A DNA stretch of 41,222 nucleotides from NCBI RefSeq assembly GCF_001194135.2, contig NC_068990.1:15886073-15927294 (forward strand), in the 5' to 3' direction. Position numbers and translations under genes: made by a program. The notes beneath the pieces were generated by a model. It saw nothing but the letters and a program-made list of their open reading frames with translations, was not told the origin of the DNA and searched no databases. Positions 1-11,977 of this stretch are shown here, in pieces (position 1 is the stretch's first letter; each line of letters begins with the position of its first letter). The stretch comes from Octopus bimaculoides (taxonomy: Eukaryota).

Positions 1-620
1 AGGGTGATAAATTGAATATTAATTCAATTTAAAACCAAGTGGCCAAGCATATAAAAAAATCTGAAAATTCAGAAAAAATTGTATTACATGTGTATAAGGC
101 ATGACCACTAGGTGGACATCCAATATGCTAGAAAGAGGTCATCAGCGACCCAACCACAAAGAAAAATAATGTTCTCCAGAAAAACTTCGCAAAATGCCAG
201 AATAGGACAAAATGAGAAATATAGAGAATAAAGAATTATCTATGGACTGCAGTTTCGAACATTAACGTTTTACTTACATAACAACATCCGTGTTCTCATC
301 AGCATAGACGTTCTAGATTCAATATAATTTGCAGAACTATACACGAATTGTCTTCATGAAACAAGACTTGCATATAGTTCTACCGATTACATTAGGGCTA
401 TTTTTCAAAATGCCTCAGCTCCAGCGCGCAAAATTCCAGAAACAATTCTGCAGAGAATAATTCACTGCAGTATATGTTGCCGTGTCTTGGGGAAATTTGA
501 GAACCCAGGTTCGAAATTTCCCCAAGACATGAAGGCAGGACGGTATATCAGCTGGAATGTTGTGTTAACAACAAACAAGATGAGGACAAATATCCGTCAA
601 ATGTAAATATTGTAAATAAC
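1..620. mobile_element. Hammerhead-bearing non-coding repeat (Penelope pLTR/retrozyme-like) with an inverted junction
   Basis: Contains the hammerhead at 240-307 and a perfect 16-bp inverted repeat (483-498/514-529). Positions ~500-620 match the repeat at 31414-31536. Confidence 0.55.
240..307 (-). ncRNA. Type I hammerhead ribozyme motif, predicted cleavage GUC| between 245 and 244
   Basis: Minus strand reads CTATG-CTGATGA-GAACA-(29 nt loop)-TGTTC-GAA-AC-TGCA-GT-C-CATAG. The core is complete, with stem I CTATG/CATAG, stem II GAACA/TGTTC and a 2-bp stem III closed by palindromic TGCA. Activity untested. Confidence 0.85.
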
Positions 621-855
621 GTAGTAATCACAGAGTTTTAAGTCAGGATTCCTGGTTGGCCACTCATGCAGACCATGACAACCCATCCATCTCCTCGGGA
701 AGTGGGCAGTCAGCCATTCACAGACAACAAGAGATAATTACAGATTAAATTCTCATACTTCAAAAAAGATTTGAGAGAAAAATTACAATTGATAAATAAT
801 TTATAAGTATTTTAAAATGGAGAATTACTTTTCCATCACCTTGTATATGTATATC

Positions 856-1451
856 GTGGCACTCCGTCAGTTATGATGACTAGGGTTCCAGTTGATCCGA
901 TCAACGGAACAGCTTGCTCATGAAATTAACATGCAAATGACTGAGCACTCCACAAACATGTGTACCCTAACCCATTAAGTCCCACTGTCCTATAAATATG
1001 AAAGCATTAAAGAAACTATATCACATTGTCCCAGTGTTCTATTTATAGGACACAGCATATTTGCATTTCTACTTGAAGTAAAGAAGTTTTAATAATCGAT
1101 TTTTTTCTCATTTTAGCCTATTTTCAATCTTCTCTGAAAATTTAAAAGTAATATTCAGAAATTTAAGTAGACTGGGACTTAATGGATTAACGTAGTTCTT
1201 GGGGAGATTCAGCAAGACACAGTGTGACAAGGCTGGCCCTTTGAAATAGAGGTACAACAGAAACAGGAAGAAAGAGTGTGAGAAAGTTGTGGTGAAAGAG
1301 TACTGCAGGGTACGCCACCATCCCCTGCTAGAGCCTTGAGGGGCTTTAGGATGTTTTCACTCAATAAACACTCACAACACCCAGTCTGGGAATCAAAACT
1401 GTGATCCCACGACCACGAGTCCTCTGCCCTAACCACTGAGCCATTGCACCT

Positions 1452-1456
<5 letters not shown>
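856..1456 (-). mobile_element. tRNA-derived SINE, same family as 33921-34326, interrupted by a MITE
   Basis: Collinear with 33950-34326. Minus-strand head has A-box TGGCTCAGTGG and B-box-like GGTTTTGATTCC. Confidence 0.85.
971..1186. mobile_element. piggyBac-like MITE (216 bp) inserted at TTAA in the SINE
   Basis: Termini CCCATTAAGTCCCA...TGGGACTTAATGGA flanked by (c)TAA and TTAA. The uninterrupted copy at ~34057 reads CCCTTAACGTAG. Confidence 0.8.
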
Positions 1457-1508
<52 letters not shown>

Positions 1509-1557
1509 TATATATATATGATTTTGATTATGATGATTGTAATTAGCAGGTTGTTTT

Positions 1558-1794
1558 GAGTACTACTGCTAATGTGTAATCCAGTACAACCTGTTACGTG
1601 GTTGGGGTGTAAGGAACTGAACTGGTAACCCCATTCCAGCATCTGTGGATGGGCTTGTGGAGATGGTTGCTGGAAACCCAGCAGGACAAAAGCAGGAGTT
1701 CTCAAAAGGGTGGATGAACCCAGCATAGAGTCAAAGACTATATATATCAGTGTGCACGTGTGTGTATATGTGTATACATACACACACACATACA

Positions 1795-1828
<34 letters not shown>

Positions 1829-2327
1829 CATGCATACATACATACGTAAAAATGTTTACCAGTCCATTATAGGTAGGATGAACAAAAGAAAGTATTCCCT
1901 CCAGTGAGAGATAAATATCATTTAATATACACAACAGCAAAAGAGTTACTAGTAGTTTCATGCCTTAAGATACATCAAATTGGCAGATTTATATAACATG
2001 CTATGTATCTCCAAGCTGTCTTTCAGGTTTACTTCTTCGCATTTTTTTGTTATCCATTTTCTTCTCGTTTTACTCATGTTTTCTCATAGACCATCATCAT
2101 AATCATCACCATCATCATCATGGAAAGCGGATGTTAAATGATGCTGCTGCAGCTGATGATGATGATGATTATTATGATGCAAGTAGATAGATAGATAAAT
2201 GGACAGACGGACGGACGGATGCTATTCTTTGGACAACCGCAAATGCTGGAATGGGGTTACCAGTTCAGTTCCTTACACCCCAACCACGTAACAGGTTGTA
2301 CTGGATTACACATTAGCAGTTGTACTC
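1558..2327. repeat. 85-bp inverted repeat (1558-1642 and 2243-2327), one mismatch, 600-nt spacer
   Basis: Direct base comparison: 1565-1642 is the exact reverse complement of 2243-2320. Confidence 0.9.
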
Positions 2328-3221
2328 TCTGGTACCCTTTTGTAATGCATTGTGACCACAGTCCAGTTGGGCATCAAACTCACAGATTATGACTCTTCAG
2401 GTCACACAAATCACTGATGATTTATGCCAGTGGTCCCCTGTTTCATGGCTTGCCTTCAGTACTGGTTTCTCCTTCATTAAACTTCTCCATCTATCTTCTG
2501 TGCACNNNNNNNNNNNNNNNNNNNNNNNNNNNNNNNNNNNNNNNNNNNNNNNNNNNNNNNNNNNNNNNNNNNNNNNNNNNNNNNNNNNNNNNNNNNNNNN
2601 NNNNNNNNNNNNNNNNNNNNNNNNNNNNNNNNNNNNNNNNNNNNNNNNNNNNNNNNNNNNNNNNNNNNNNNNNNNNNNNNNNNNNNNNNNNNNNNNNNNN
2701 NNNNNNNNNNNNNNNNNNNNNNNNNNNNNNNNNNNNNNNNNNNNNNNNNNNNNNNNNNNNNNNNNNNNNNNNNNNNNNNNNNNNNNNNNNNNNNNNNNNN
2801 NNNNNNNNNNNNNNNNNNNNNNNNNNNNNNNNNNNNNNNNNNNNNNNNNNNNNNNNNNNNNNNNNNNNNNNNNNNNNNNNNNNNNNNNNNNNNNNNNNNN
2901 NNNNNNNNNNNNNNNNNNNNNNNNNNNNNNNNNNNNNNNNNNNNNNNNNNNNNNNNNNNNNNNNNNNNNNNNNNNNNNNNNNNNNNNNNNNNNNNNNNNN
3001 NNNNNNNNNNNNNNNNNNNNNNNNNNNNNNNNNNNNNNNNNNNNNNNNNNNNNNNNNNNNNNNNNNNNNNNNNNNNNNNNNNNNNNNNNNNNNNNNNNNN
3101 NNNNNNNNNNNNNNNNNNNNNNNNNNNNNNNNNNNNNNNNNNNNNNNNNNNNNNNNNNNNNNNNNNNNNNNNNNNNNNNNNNNNNNNNNNNNNNNNNNNN
3201 NNNNNNNNNNNNNNNNNNNNN

Positions 3222-3271
<50 letters not shown>

Positions 3272-3496
3272 CACATACATATATGTACATACATACATAT
3301 ATATACATACCCACATATATATATATATAAACACACACACACACATGTATGCATGCACGTGTGTGTATATTTAAACATGCAAATACACACACCATGCATA
3401 CCCATTCACACATGCACACACATACACACACATACACACACATAGAAAATATACAAATGTGATATGTTGTCTATCCAGATTTTTCATTTTTCACAG

Positions 3497-3637
3497 GAAG
3501 CAAAAAAGATAGCGAAAGTGTCCAAGTTACTTTTGATGAAGAAAGTGTACGTTCTAATAGGTTTACTAATGGAGAAATATCACGAACAGATGAAGTTTAA
3601 TGTAAAAGCCAGAAACGAGAAGGGAAAGAAAAGTAAC
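3497..3637 (+). CDS. WDR35: WDR35/IFT121 internal coding exon, phase 0-0 (EAKKIAKVSKLLLMKKVYVLIGLLMEKYHEQMKFNVKARNEKGKKSN); earlier exons not found in the window
   Basis: Acceptor ttttcatttttcacag|GAA, donor AAC|gtaagt, 141 nt open. KKVYVL..LLMEKYHEQMK resembles the recalled human motif KKLYVLSALLIEQYHEQMK and joins the next exon in frame. Confidence 0.9.
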
Positions 3638-4496
3638 GTAAGTATTCGGATTGTTTTTAATCATGTCCCCTTATTAAATTACATTACTTTCTACTGATAG
3701 CATATTGTTTTCAAGAATGCTCAACATTTATGTGTGTGTGTGTGTGTGTGTATTTATATGTATGTATGTATATATATATATANNNNNNNNNNNNNNNNNN
3801 NNNNNNNNNNNNNNNNNNNNNNNNNNNNNNNNNNNNNNNNNNNNNNNNNNNNNNNNNNNNNNNNNNNNNNNNNNNNNNNNNNNNNNNNNNNNNNNNNNNN
3901 NNNNNNNNNNNNNNNNNNNNNNNNNNNNNNNNNNNNNNNNNNNNNNNNNNNNNNNNNNNNNNNNNNNNNNNNNNNNNNNNNNNNNNNNNNNNNNNNNNNN
4001 NNNNNNNNNNNNNNNNNNNNNNNNNNNNNNNNNNNNNNNNNNNNNNNNNNNNNNNNNNNNNNNNNNNNNNNNNNNNNNNNNNNNNNNNNNNNNNNNNNNN
4101 NNNNNNNNNNNNNNNNNNNNNNNNNNNNNNNNNNNNNNNNNNNNNNNNNNNNNNNNNNNNNNNNNNNNNNNNNNNNNNNNNNNNNNTATATACACACACA
4201 GATATATACCCATACACTTATATATATATATCATCTTATGTCACTGATTTTTCAATAATTTTCTGTCTCATTTGTATGTTGTTGTATTCCACATACAGTC
4301 TTTGTGTCTACCACCTCAATAATATTCCCTGTCACGGGCATAACCAGAAGAGTAGTGCTATGGAATTGAAAGTTCTTGGACTTGAAATGCACTGAAACTA
4401 TAATGATTGTATGTAGTTTCCATGGCTGATGAGAGGATTTCTATGTGTGTCTGTTCTTTTGTGTTGTTTCTATATTTGATTTTCACCATATATATC

Positions 4497-4498
<2 letters not shown>

Positions 4499-4528
<30 letters not shown>

Positions 4529-5700
4529 GTTTAACGTCTGCTTTCCATGCTGGCATGGGTTGGACAGTTTGACTGAGGCCTGGCAAGCCAGTGGGCTGCA
4601 CCAGGCTCCAATCTGATCTGGCAATGTTTCTACAGGGGGATGCCCTTCCAAATGCCAACAACTCTGAGAGTGTAGTGGGAGCTTTTTACATGTCACCAGC
4701 ATGGGAGCCAGTCAGAGGGAACTGGCATCAACCATGTTTGGCTGGTGCTTTTTATGTGCCACTGGCATAGGAGCCAGTTAGGGGGTACTAACTTCAACTA
4801 TGCTCGGAGGGTGCATTTTACATGCCACCGGCACAGAAGCCAGTCAAGTAGCACTAGCCATGGCTACGATTTCGATTTTACTTGACTCAACAGGTCTTCT
4901 CAAGCATATCATATTGCCTGCCACTTTAAGGGTACTTTTAAATGGGCCAATCATGCAACACTGGCATCAGCCATGGCTGCGATCTCACTTTACTTACTAC
5001 ATCTTCTCAATCACAGCATATCTCTAAAGGTGTCAGTCTCTTGTCATTGCCTTTGTGAGGCCCAATGTTCGAAGGTCATGCTTCACCACATCCCATGTTT
5101 TTCTGGGTCTACCTTTTCCACAGGTTCTTTCCATGGTTAGGGTGTGGCACTCCCTCACACAGCTGTCCTCATCCATATGTAACACATGACCATACCAGTG
5201 CAGTCATCTCTCTAGCACCCCACATTTGATGCTTCTTATGTCCAACTTTTCTCTCAGGGCACTTACACTCAAGTATGCACACTGACATTACACATCCAGC
5301 GGATCATACCAGCTTCATTTCTTTTGAGCATATGCATGTCCTCAGCAGTCATGGCCCATGTTTCACTACTGTGTAGCATGGCAATTTGCACACGTGCATC
5401 ATACAGTCTATCTTTCACCCTGAGTGAGAGGCCCTTACTTGCCATCAGAAGTAGGAGCTCTCTGAACTTTGCCCAGGCTATTCTTATTCTAGCAACTATG
5501 CTCTCAGAGCATCCACCCCAACTAGGTCGCCTAGGTAGCAGAAGCCATCAACTACTTCTAGTTTTTCCCCACTGGCATGTGATGGAATCTGTTTTCTGTA
5601 CATCTTTGGTGTTTATTGTCTTTGTGCATCTGCCACACACAAAGACTATCTTCCTGGTTAACCTTCCTCTGATATTGCTGCATCTCTTATGTGTCCATTA
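4499..5700 (-). mobile_element. 5'-truncated RTE-clade non-LTR retrotransposon (decayed ORF 3' part, 3' UTR, (GAT)n tail)
   Basis: Minus-strand translation across stops and frameshifts gives FCYLGD, RIRIAWAKFREL, SETWAMT, MIRWMC, LHWYGHVLHMDE and GRPRKTW, all RTE C-terminal motifs. Confidence 0.85.
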
Positions 5701-5989
5701 GCTTACATCAGGTACATGTTATGGAGTTTCTACCTACACCTTTTCTACAGATCAAGCAGGGCCATTTACCTGAAGAGGTTTGTGATATGTCTGCCTTCCT
5801 ACTTACTAGGACTTTGGTTTTTGCTATGTTTATATATACACATACATACAAGGAATTTTCCTTAACTGATGTAAAGAAATAGGTATGTACTATGAGTGCT
5901 CAGTTTGGTTTACCACTAAAACTCTGCTTCGAACTGTAAATGGAAATGAGGGAATATCCCCATATATATGTATAGATATAGTTGAAATT

Positions 5990-6130
5990 TATAGGAAGAC
6001 AGGTGTATGAACAATAAGCAAGTGTATTAGTTTGATGCTCGGGAAAATGAAAAAGTCTTTTACACTTCATGCCTACGCCTACACTCTTCAACAGAAGGAA
6101 ATAAGAGAAAATAACCAGAGAGAGAATGAA
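5990..6130 (-). mobile_element. Short repeat fragment with a decayed hammerhead-like segment; related copy at 22447-22542
   Basis: Shares GACAGGTG..GTATTAGTTT..GCT.GGGAA..AAAGTCTT with 22481-22542. Minus strand has CTGTTGAAGAG. Confidence 0.45.
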
Positions 6131-6152
6131 AAGAATTGTAGCTTTCAGCGGC

Positions 6153-6208
<56 letters not shown>

Positions 6209-6858
6209 AATGTTGACAAAGACTGTGTGGTGTTCAGTTAAAATAATTAAAAATACACATTAAGTACAGGACATCACCAACCAGAAAGTGAAAAATATGT
6301 AAAAACATGAAAGATAAGTACAGGACAAAATACCACAGGAAGTCTAACTCCTCGTCAGTTGTCGACTGTTTATTACGACCTGTTTTGAGCTTTCAACAAG
6401 ACAGGAAAACTTCATAAGAAAGCAGCATTCAGAAATTTGAAAAATATAAAATTTATGGAGAGTTAGGGCTTTGAATGAACAAACGACACCAGAGTGGATG
6501 TACAGAATAGACAATGGATGATGATAGACATTAAGGGCCGCTAGGCAAAGACGAATTGTAATGGGTAATGCCTGGGAGAAATTTTGAAAGGATATAGAAT
6601 AAATAGAAGAGAGAAAATAGTAGAAGAGAAAAAAATAGTCGGAGAGAAAAAAAAAATATATATATATATAATATATCTGTAAATACACATATATGCATAC
6701 ACACATATGTTGTGAAAATCAAATTAAAATGGTAGGAACAATGGAAAAGAACAAATATTGTGTGTGTGTGTGTGTTTATATATAAATATATATATGCATA
6801 TATGTGTGTGTATATATATATATATGTATGTATGTATGTATGTATATATATATGTATG

Positions 6859-6945
<87 letters not shown>

Positions 6946-7984
6946 ATACATATATGTATGTATATATATATGTATATACATAGCAATAAGAAAATGGAGG
7001 GGGTTAATAGGTGGTATTCATCAACTTGCAGACATTGTATTGTGTCAATTTACTTGTTTATTTGTTTAATTATGTATATATATACATACATACATATGGA
7101 GAGAGAGAGAGAGAGATACATATACATACATATATGAATATAAACATACACAGACATTCACACACACATTTTAGTTAAGATTTTAATAAAGATGTTTGAT
7201 TATGGTTTGGTAGTTTGTACCATGCCTTCATTAATCATTTTAGCTGCATGTGTAGTCACCACACCTCCTTGGCTTTCTCCCCCTTGACGTAGCAAAGCAT
7301 CAAGTATCTAATAACTAATTGAAGACGTGAATGCACCAGTAGTTGGCTGGTACTTATTTTCATGTGAGTAACCTGGTGTTTTGTGAAAATGAAGTATCTT
7401 GCTGAAGTACACAGGATGCCCCCTCCCACCTTTGCTTCCTGGTCCAGTAATTGAAATACTGCTTTATGATTGCAAGACTAACACCCCAGTCACCCGACCA
7501 TATCCTTTCACATGCAAAAATTGGTAGCGACAAGGTGTCAGAGAGTAGTACAGTGGTGACTGGAACCTTGTCTGGGGACAGATGTTGAGGTTGGGTAAAA
7601 GTCGGAAGTGTGGGTTAGAAATAGCAGTAGGGGTGAATGTAGTGGATAATGAATAAAGGATAGAAAGGGGCTGATGGTAAATATGAGTGTGAGGGGACAA
7701 TGATAAGAATGAGGTGGATGGATTCATTAGAAGTGGATCAAGTGAAAGGAAGTGATGTCTGACAGTATTCAAATTTGATTATGCAAATTCAGGTTATCAC
7801 CCTTCATCAGAAAATCTGTTCTCTAAATTCATACCATTGGCCTATTTGAGTTATTTCCCTTAAATTTTTTTAATATATTTATTGATTGTTTCCTTATTAC
7901 TTCCAATCTTCTCAACTTATTTATCATATATTTGTTAACAAATCAATAGACAAATGCCTTCTAATTTTGGTTTTCCTGCTGCAG

Positions 7985-8117
7985 GTATCTACACCATTGG
8001 AAGGAATCCTCCAAGAAGATACAGCATCTATGAGTGACAGTCACCTTATTGATAACGGATGGCACCATGCTGAGGCTTACCATTTTTATATATTAGCACA
8101 GACACAGCTGCAGACAG
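7985..8117 (+). CDS. WDR35: WDR35 coding exon, phase 0-1 (VSTPLEGILQEDTASMSDSHLIDNGWHHAEAYHFYILAQTQLQT)
   Basis: Acceptor ttttcctgctgcag|GTA, donor ACAG|gtaaac, 133 nt. Contains the AEAYHF.ILAQ.QL motif characteristic of WDR35. Confidence 0.95.
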
Positions 8118-8904
8118 GTAAACGAATATTCAAAAATAATGTCACCAAAACTAACAAGACATAACCCTTTGAACTAACAAAGAAAGTCTTTATGTGATCA
8201 CTTATCATGCTTGAAATAGCAGTCAAATCTCCCTCAAGTCATACCCTTTTATCTTAAAGATAAAAATATGGTCTTATAAGCCATCACACTGTCCCATGTA
8301 CTCTCTCATAGTGCCACTTCTATTTACACCTATAACCTAATCTGTATCTTACCCCATCATCCCACCCTTGTATTTTTACCATATCTGGCATTGCCAAATC
8401 ACTCTCTAATCCTTATTGGCCCCACCACACATCTCTCATCATTGTCCACCTCTGCTGTTCTAAAATATCCTTGCCACTTACATCATACCACTGCTTTTTT
8501 CTTTCTCCTACTTAGTCATCCAGGCCCTTCTCACATCATTGCCCTCTCTTCTAATCCTCTTTCTTGGTCATCTGATCAAATGTACACACCCAAAGTTATT
8601 GCATACACTTAGCACTTACTTGTTTCCCTCATTCACTTACAACCTTGCTGTTGGTTTTGCCCCTCCCTCTGTTTGGTTTACATGTATGAGCTCTGAATAG
8701 TCTCTACAAGACAGACCCATTCTTCCACTGATGCCAGGCAACAACTCACACTCCATCAAAGTGACCATCTCTGGAGCTGGTACCACAAAATAACCACAGT
8801 ATATTCCATAAAATGGTCAGATCACTGAGCAGAGAATGCATAAAGTTCTGAGGTCCTTTTATTGAACTTCTTTTGTGTTAGTGTCATGAAAAACGCTCTC
8901 AGTA

Positions 8905-9056
8905 TACTTTGCAAATAATGAATTTAGTTAACTTTGTCGTTAGTAACCCTTTTGTTTGGAACATAAATTAACATGAAATTTTGATGGAAGGTTTTAATTT
9001 AGATCACTTTAAGAGGAAGTTATATCAGGACCAAGAGCAGTCTCAAAAAGGGTTGA
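8905..9056 (+). mobile_element. Partial copy of the AT-rich TTAA-flanked MITE family
   Basis: Shares GGAACATAAATTAACATGAAATTTTGATGGAAGGTTTTAATTTAGATCACTTT with copies at 13.8-16.1 kb; decayed AAAAGGGTT end. Confidence 0.65.
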
Positions 9057-9708
9057 CGTTGTTACATTATCAATTTTCTTTCATTTGGTAAAATTTCCTA
9101 AGAACTCATAATGAAGGTATAATGATGATGTGATCATCATCGTTTAACGTCCGCTTTCCATGCTAGCATGGGTTGGACGATTTGACTGAGGACTGGTGAA
9201 ACCAGATGGCTACACCACAAGGATTACTATGACAAAGGAGAAAAATACAGAGACCTTATCTGATGTTCAGTAATTTTAATTGTTAGATATATATATAGGG
9301 TGGTTTCATCATCATCATTTAACGCCCATTTTCCCATGCTTCCATGGGTCAGATGGAATTTGTTGAGACAGATTTTCTAAGGCTAGAAGCCCTCACTTGT
9401 TTCCTAGCAAGGTAATATTTCCCCTTGTCCACACATGTTTTTCACAAACAGCATCATTTGTATGATGGTGATACTCACTTAACACCATCACATGACGTCA
9501 AAACAATGACACACACACACACACACACAGAGCTAAGTCAATAGAAAGATAGGTAGATACATAAATGTATGTATATTCCTGTATGTGTGCACGTGTATAT
9601 ATATGTATATATATATATATAATTTCTTCATTATTCCTACTTTTGCACATATATAGTATTTAGCTTTGTGTATGTGTATGTATAAGTGTGTATATACATA
9701 TAAACATA

Positions 9709-9740
<32 letters not shown>

Positions 9741-9766
9741 CATATATCATGATATATATATGTACC

Positions 9767-9833
<67 letters not shown>

Positions 9834-9948
9834 ATGTATATGTATAAATACATACGTATGTATGAATATATATGTTTCTGCATGCATACATTCATTGCAG
9901 TTTTCTGTTCTCCCCAAAGAACTATTCATTCTTCTCTTCTTGTTTAAG

Positions 9949-10035
9949 GCTATGTTGATTCAGCAATGAAGACCGCTTTGGTTTTACGAGATTATGAAGA
10001 CGTCCTTGATCCTGTCGACATCTATTCTTTGCTCG
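9949..10035 (+). CDS. WDR35: WDR35 coding exon, phase 1-1 ([29 protein letters not shown])
   Basis: Acceptor cttctcttcttgtttaag|GC, donor CTCG|gtgagt, 87 nt. Matches the recalled WDR35 motif VD.A.KTAL.L.DYED....V.IYSLLA. Confidence 0.95.
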
Positions 10036-10804
10036 GTGAGTACGTTCTTTTGCAGAAAAATATTTGGATAACTTCGCCCATATACTATTCCATGTTTGTT
10101 TGTTTTGTTTGCTAAAAAGTCAAAGAAATTGTGTGAAGGCGCCGTATCGGTTGTTTGGAAATATGGCTGTAAGCCTATTTGTTGACTGTTTATGCTGACA
10201 GATGAAAATAACCATTTTTATATTCTATCCACTATGACACTGCCAAACCCATTGTCACCCTATTTTACAATATTAAAAATTTCAAAGTTGAAGACTTGCA
10301 AAAATTTGCTGATGGTTAATGCCTGAACCAACTGATTCATTGGGTCACTACTGAAGAATTTAATTTTCTTCCTGTGCAGTGCTTGGAGCAAGTGCCTTCT
10401 GTTGAAACCTTGGGAGGACCAAGGCTTTGTTAGAGAATATGGTTGATGGAAACGGAAAGAAAATTGTCAACAAATAATTATACATAAATATATCTGTATG
10501 TATGTAAGTCTATTCATACATATATATGTATATATATTTCTGTGTATGTGTGTGTGTGTGTCCATATATATATATTTGCTAATGTCAAACCAGTAAGAAT
10601 GAGTGCTCAACTCTGCATTGGTGGATAAATATTCTTTATTTGTGGATTAACAGGGCTACTAATGGTTTCATGTAAAGAGAAATCTCTTGACAATTATCAA
10701 GCCTGCCACATGGGAACTTTGGTTCTCCTCTCTGTTTTCGAGGAGAATACACACACAAACACACAAACACACATGTATGTATATGTGTATATGTATGTAT
10801 GTAC

Positions 10805-10846
<42 letters not shown>

Positions 10847-11589
10847 CCTCTCTCACTCTCTGGGAGAGAGGCACAAGCACATACGCAGACATATACACAC
10901 ACAGCAGTAACTTCTGCCTACCAAATTCAATCACAAAGCTTCGGTCGGCTCTCTCCACCCCTCAGCCTCTCTGCCTCCTTAACACCCTTTCTCATCTTTC
11001 CCCTTCTCTGAACGCAAATATCTATTGCTCATGACCCCCCCAATATCTATTGCTCCTTCAATGACTCTCTCAAGATCCCTCTCCACCCAAATCTATTGCT
11101 TCCTATCTGTCTCCTCTCCCTGACACTTTTTGTCCACACTCATCCCTTGTAATGTTGAATAGCTCTAGACCCCCACCTCCCTTACAAAACTCATTCTATC
11201 ACCTTTTCTTCTATCCCTCCCTTTCTCTCAACCTAATTCTTCCTTCCTGCTCCCTCATTCCCTACCATACTCTCCCCTCTTCTCCGCTTACCTTCCCTCA
11301 TCCCTCTATCTAGGATCATTGCCCATTCTCTCTTCTGTTCTCCCTTAGTTGTAGGGGCCACCACAGGCCCTTAACTTTTGCAGGTTATGAAGTGATCATC
11401 AGTTAGTGCTAATGACATGGAAAAAGTACCATGTACACTCCATAAAGTGGTAGGCATTAGGAGGAGCATACAGATGTAGAAACCATGCCAAAGAAGACAT
11501 TGGAGCTAGGTGCAGTCCTTGTTAAATTCTGTCAAACCATCCAATTCATGCCAGTATGGAACATGGATGTGAAATGATGATGATACATA

Positions 11590-11905
11590 TCTCTGTGTGT
11601 GTATTTATTTTTATTTGTGTATATGTATTTATTTTTATTTATATATGTATGTATTTATTTTTATTTATGTGTGTGTATTTATTTTTATTTATATATGTGT
11701 GTGTATTTATTTTTATTTATATATGTGTGTATTTGTTTTTATTTATATGTGTGTATTTATTTTTATTTATGCTTGTGTATGTATTTATTTTTATTTATAT
11801 ATGTGTGTATTTATTTTTTTTATAAATGTGTGTGTATTTATTTTTATACGTATGTGTATTCATTTTTATTTGTGTGTGTACTTATTTTTATTTATGTGTG
11901 TGTAT
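11590..11905. repeat. Minisatellite with a ~20-26 nt unit GTGTGTATTTATTTTTATTTAT(AT), about a dozen copies, ending ~70 nt upstream of a WDR35 exon
   Basis: Visible tandem periodicity. Confidence 0.85.
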
Positions 11906-11977
11906 ATATATCTCTCTGTCTAACCTCATCTCTCTATCATTCTATCTCTCTGCCTACCTTTCTATAAATCTTCACAG

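Noticed and set aside
136-150. CTGATGA on the minus strand near the real hammerhead
   Set aside because: No downstream GAAA or stems.
3497-3600. Alternative frame SKKDSESVQVTFDEESVRSNRFTNGEISRTDEV* as a terminal exon
   Set aside because: The other frame is open to the GTAAGT donor and matches WDR35.
4425-4440. CTGATGAG on the plus strand (also at ~16393 and on minus at ~38111)
   Set aside because: No following stem II-GAAA-UH arrangement.
6340-6400. CTGACGAG on the minus strand as a hammerhead
   Set aside because: No correctly placed GAAA or stem II partner in any topology.
10900-11350. Pyrimidine-rich tracts (also 8280-8680) as coding or regulatory elements
   Set aside because: No recognisable protein motif or ribozyme core; probably old repeat remnants, family unresolved.
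11590-11905. Minisatellite as a CRISPR-like array
   Set aside because: No unique spacers, low complexity and a eukaryotic context.
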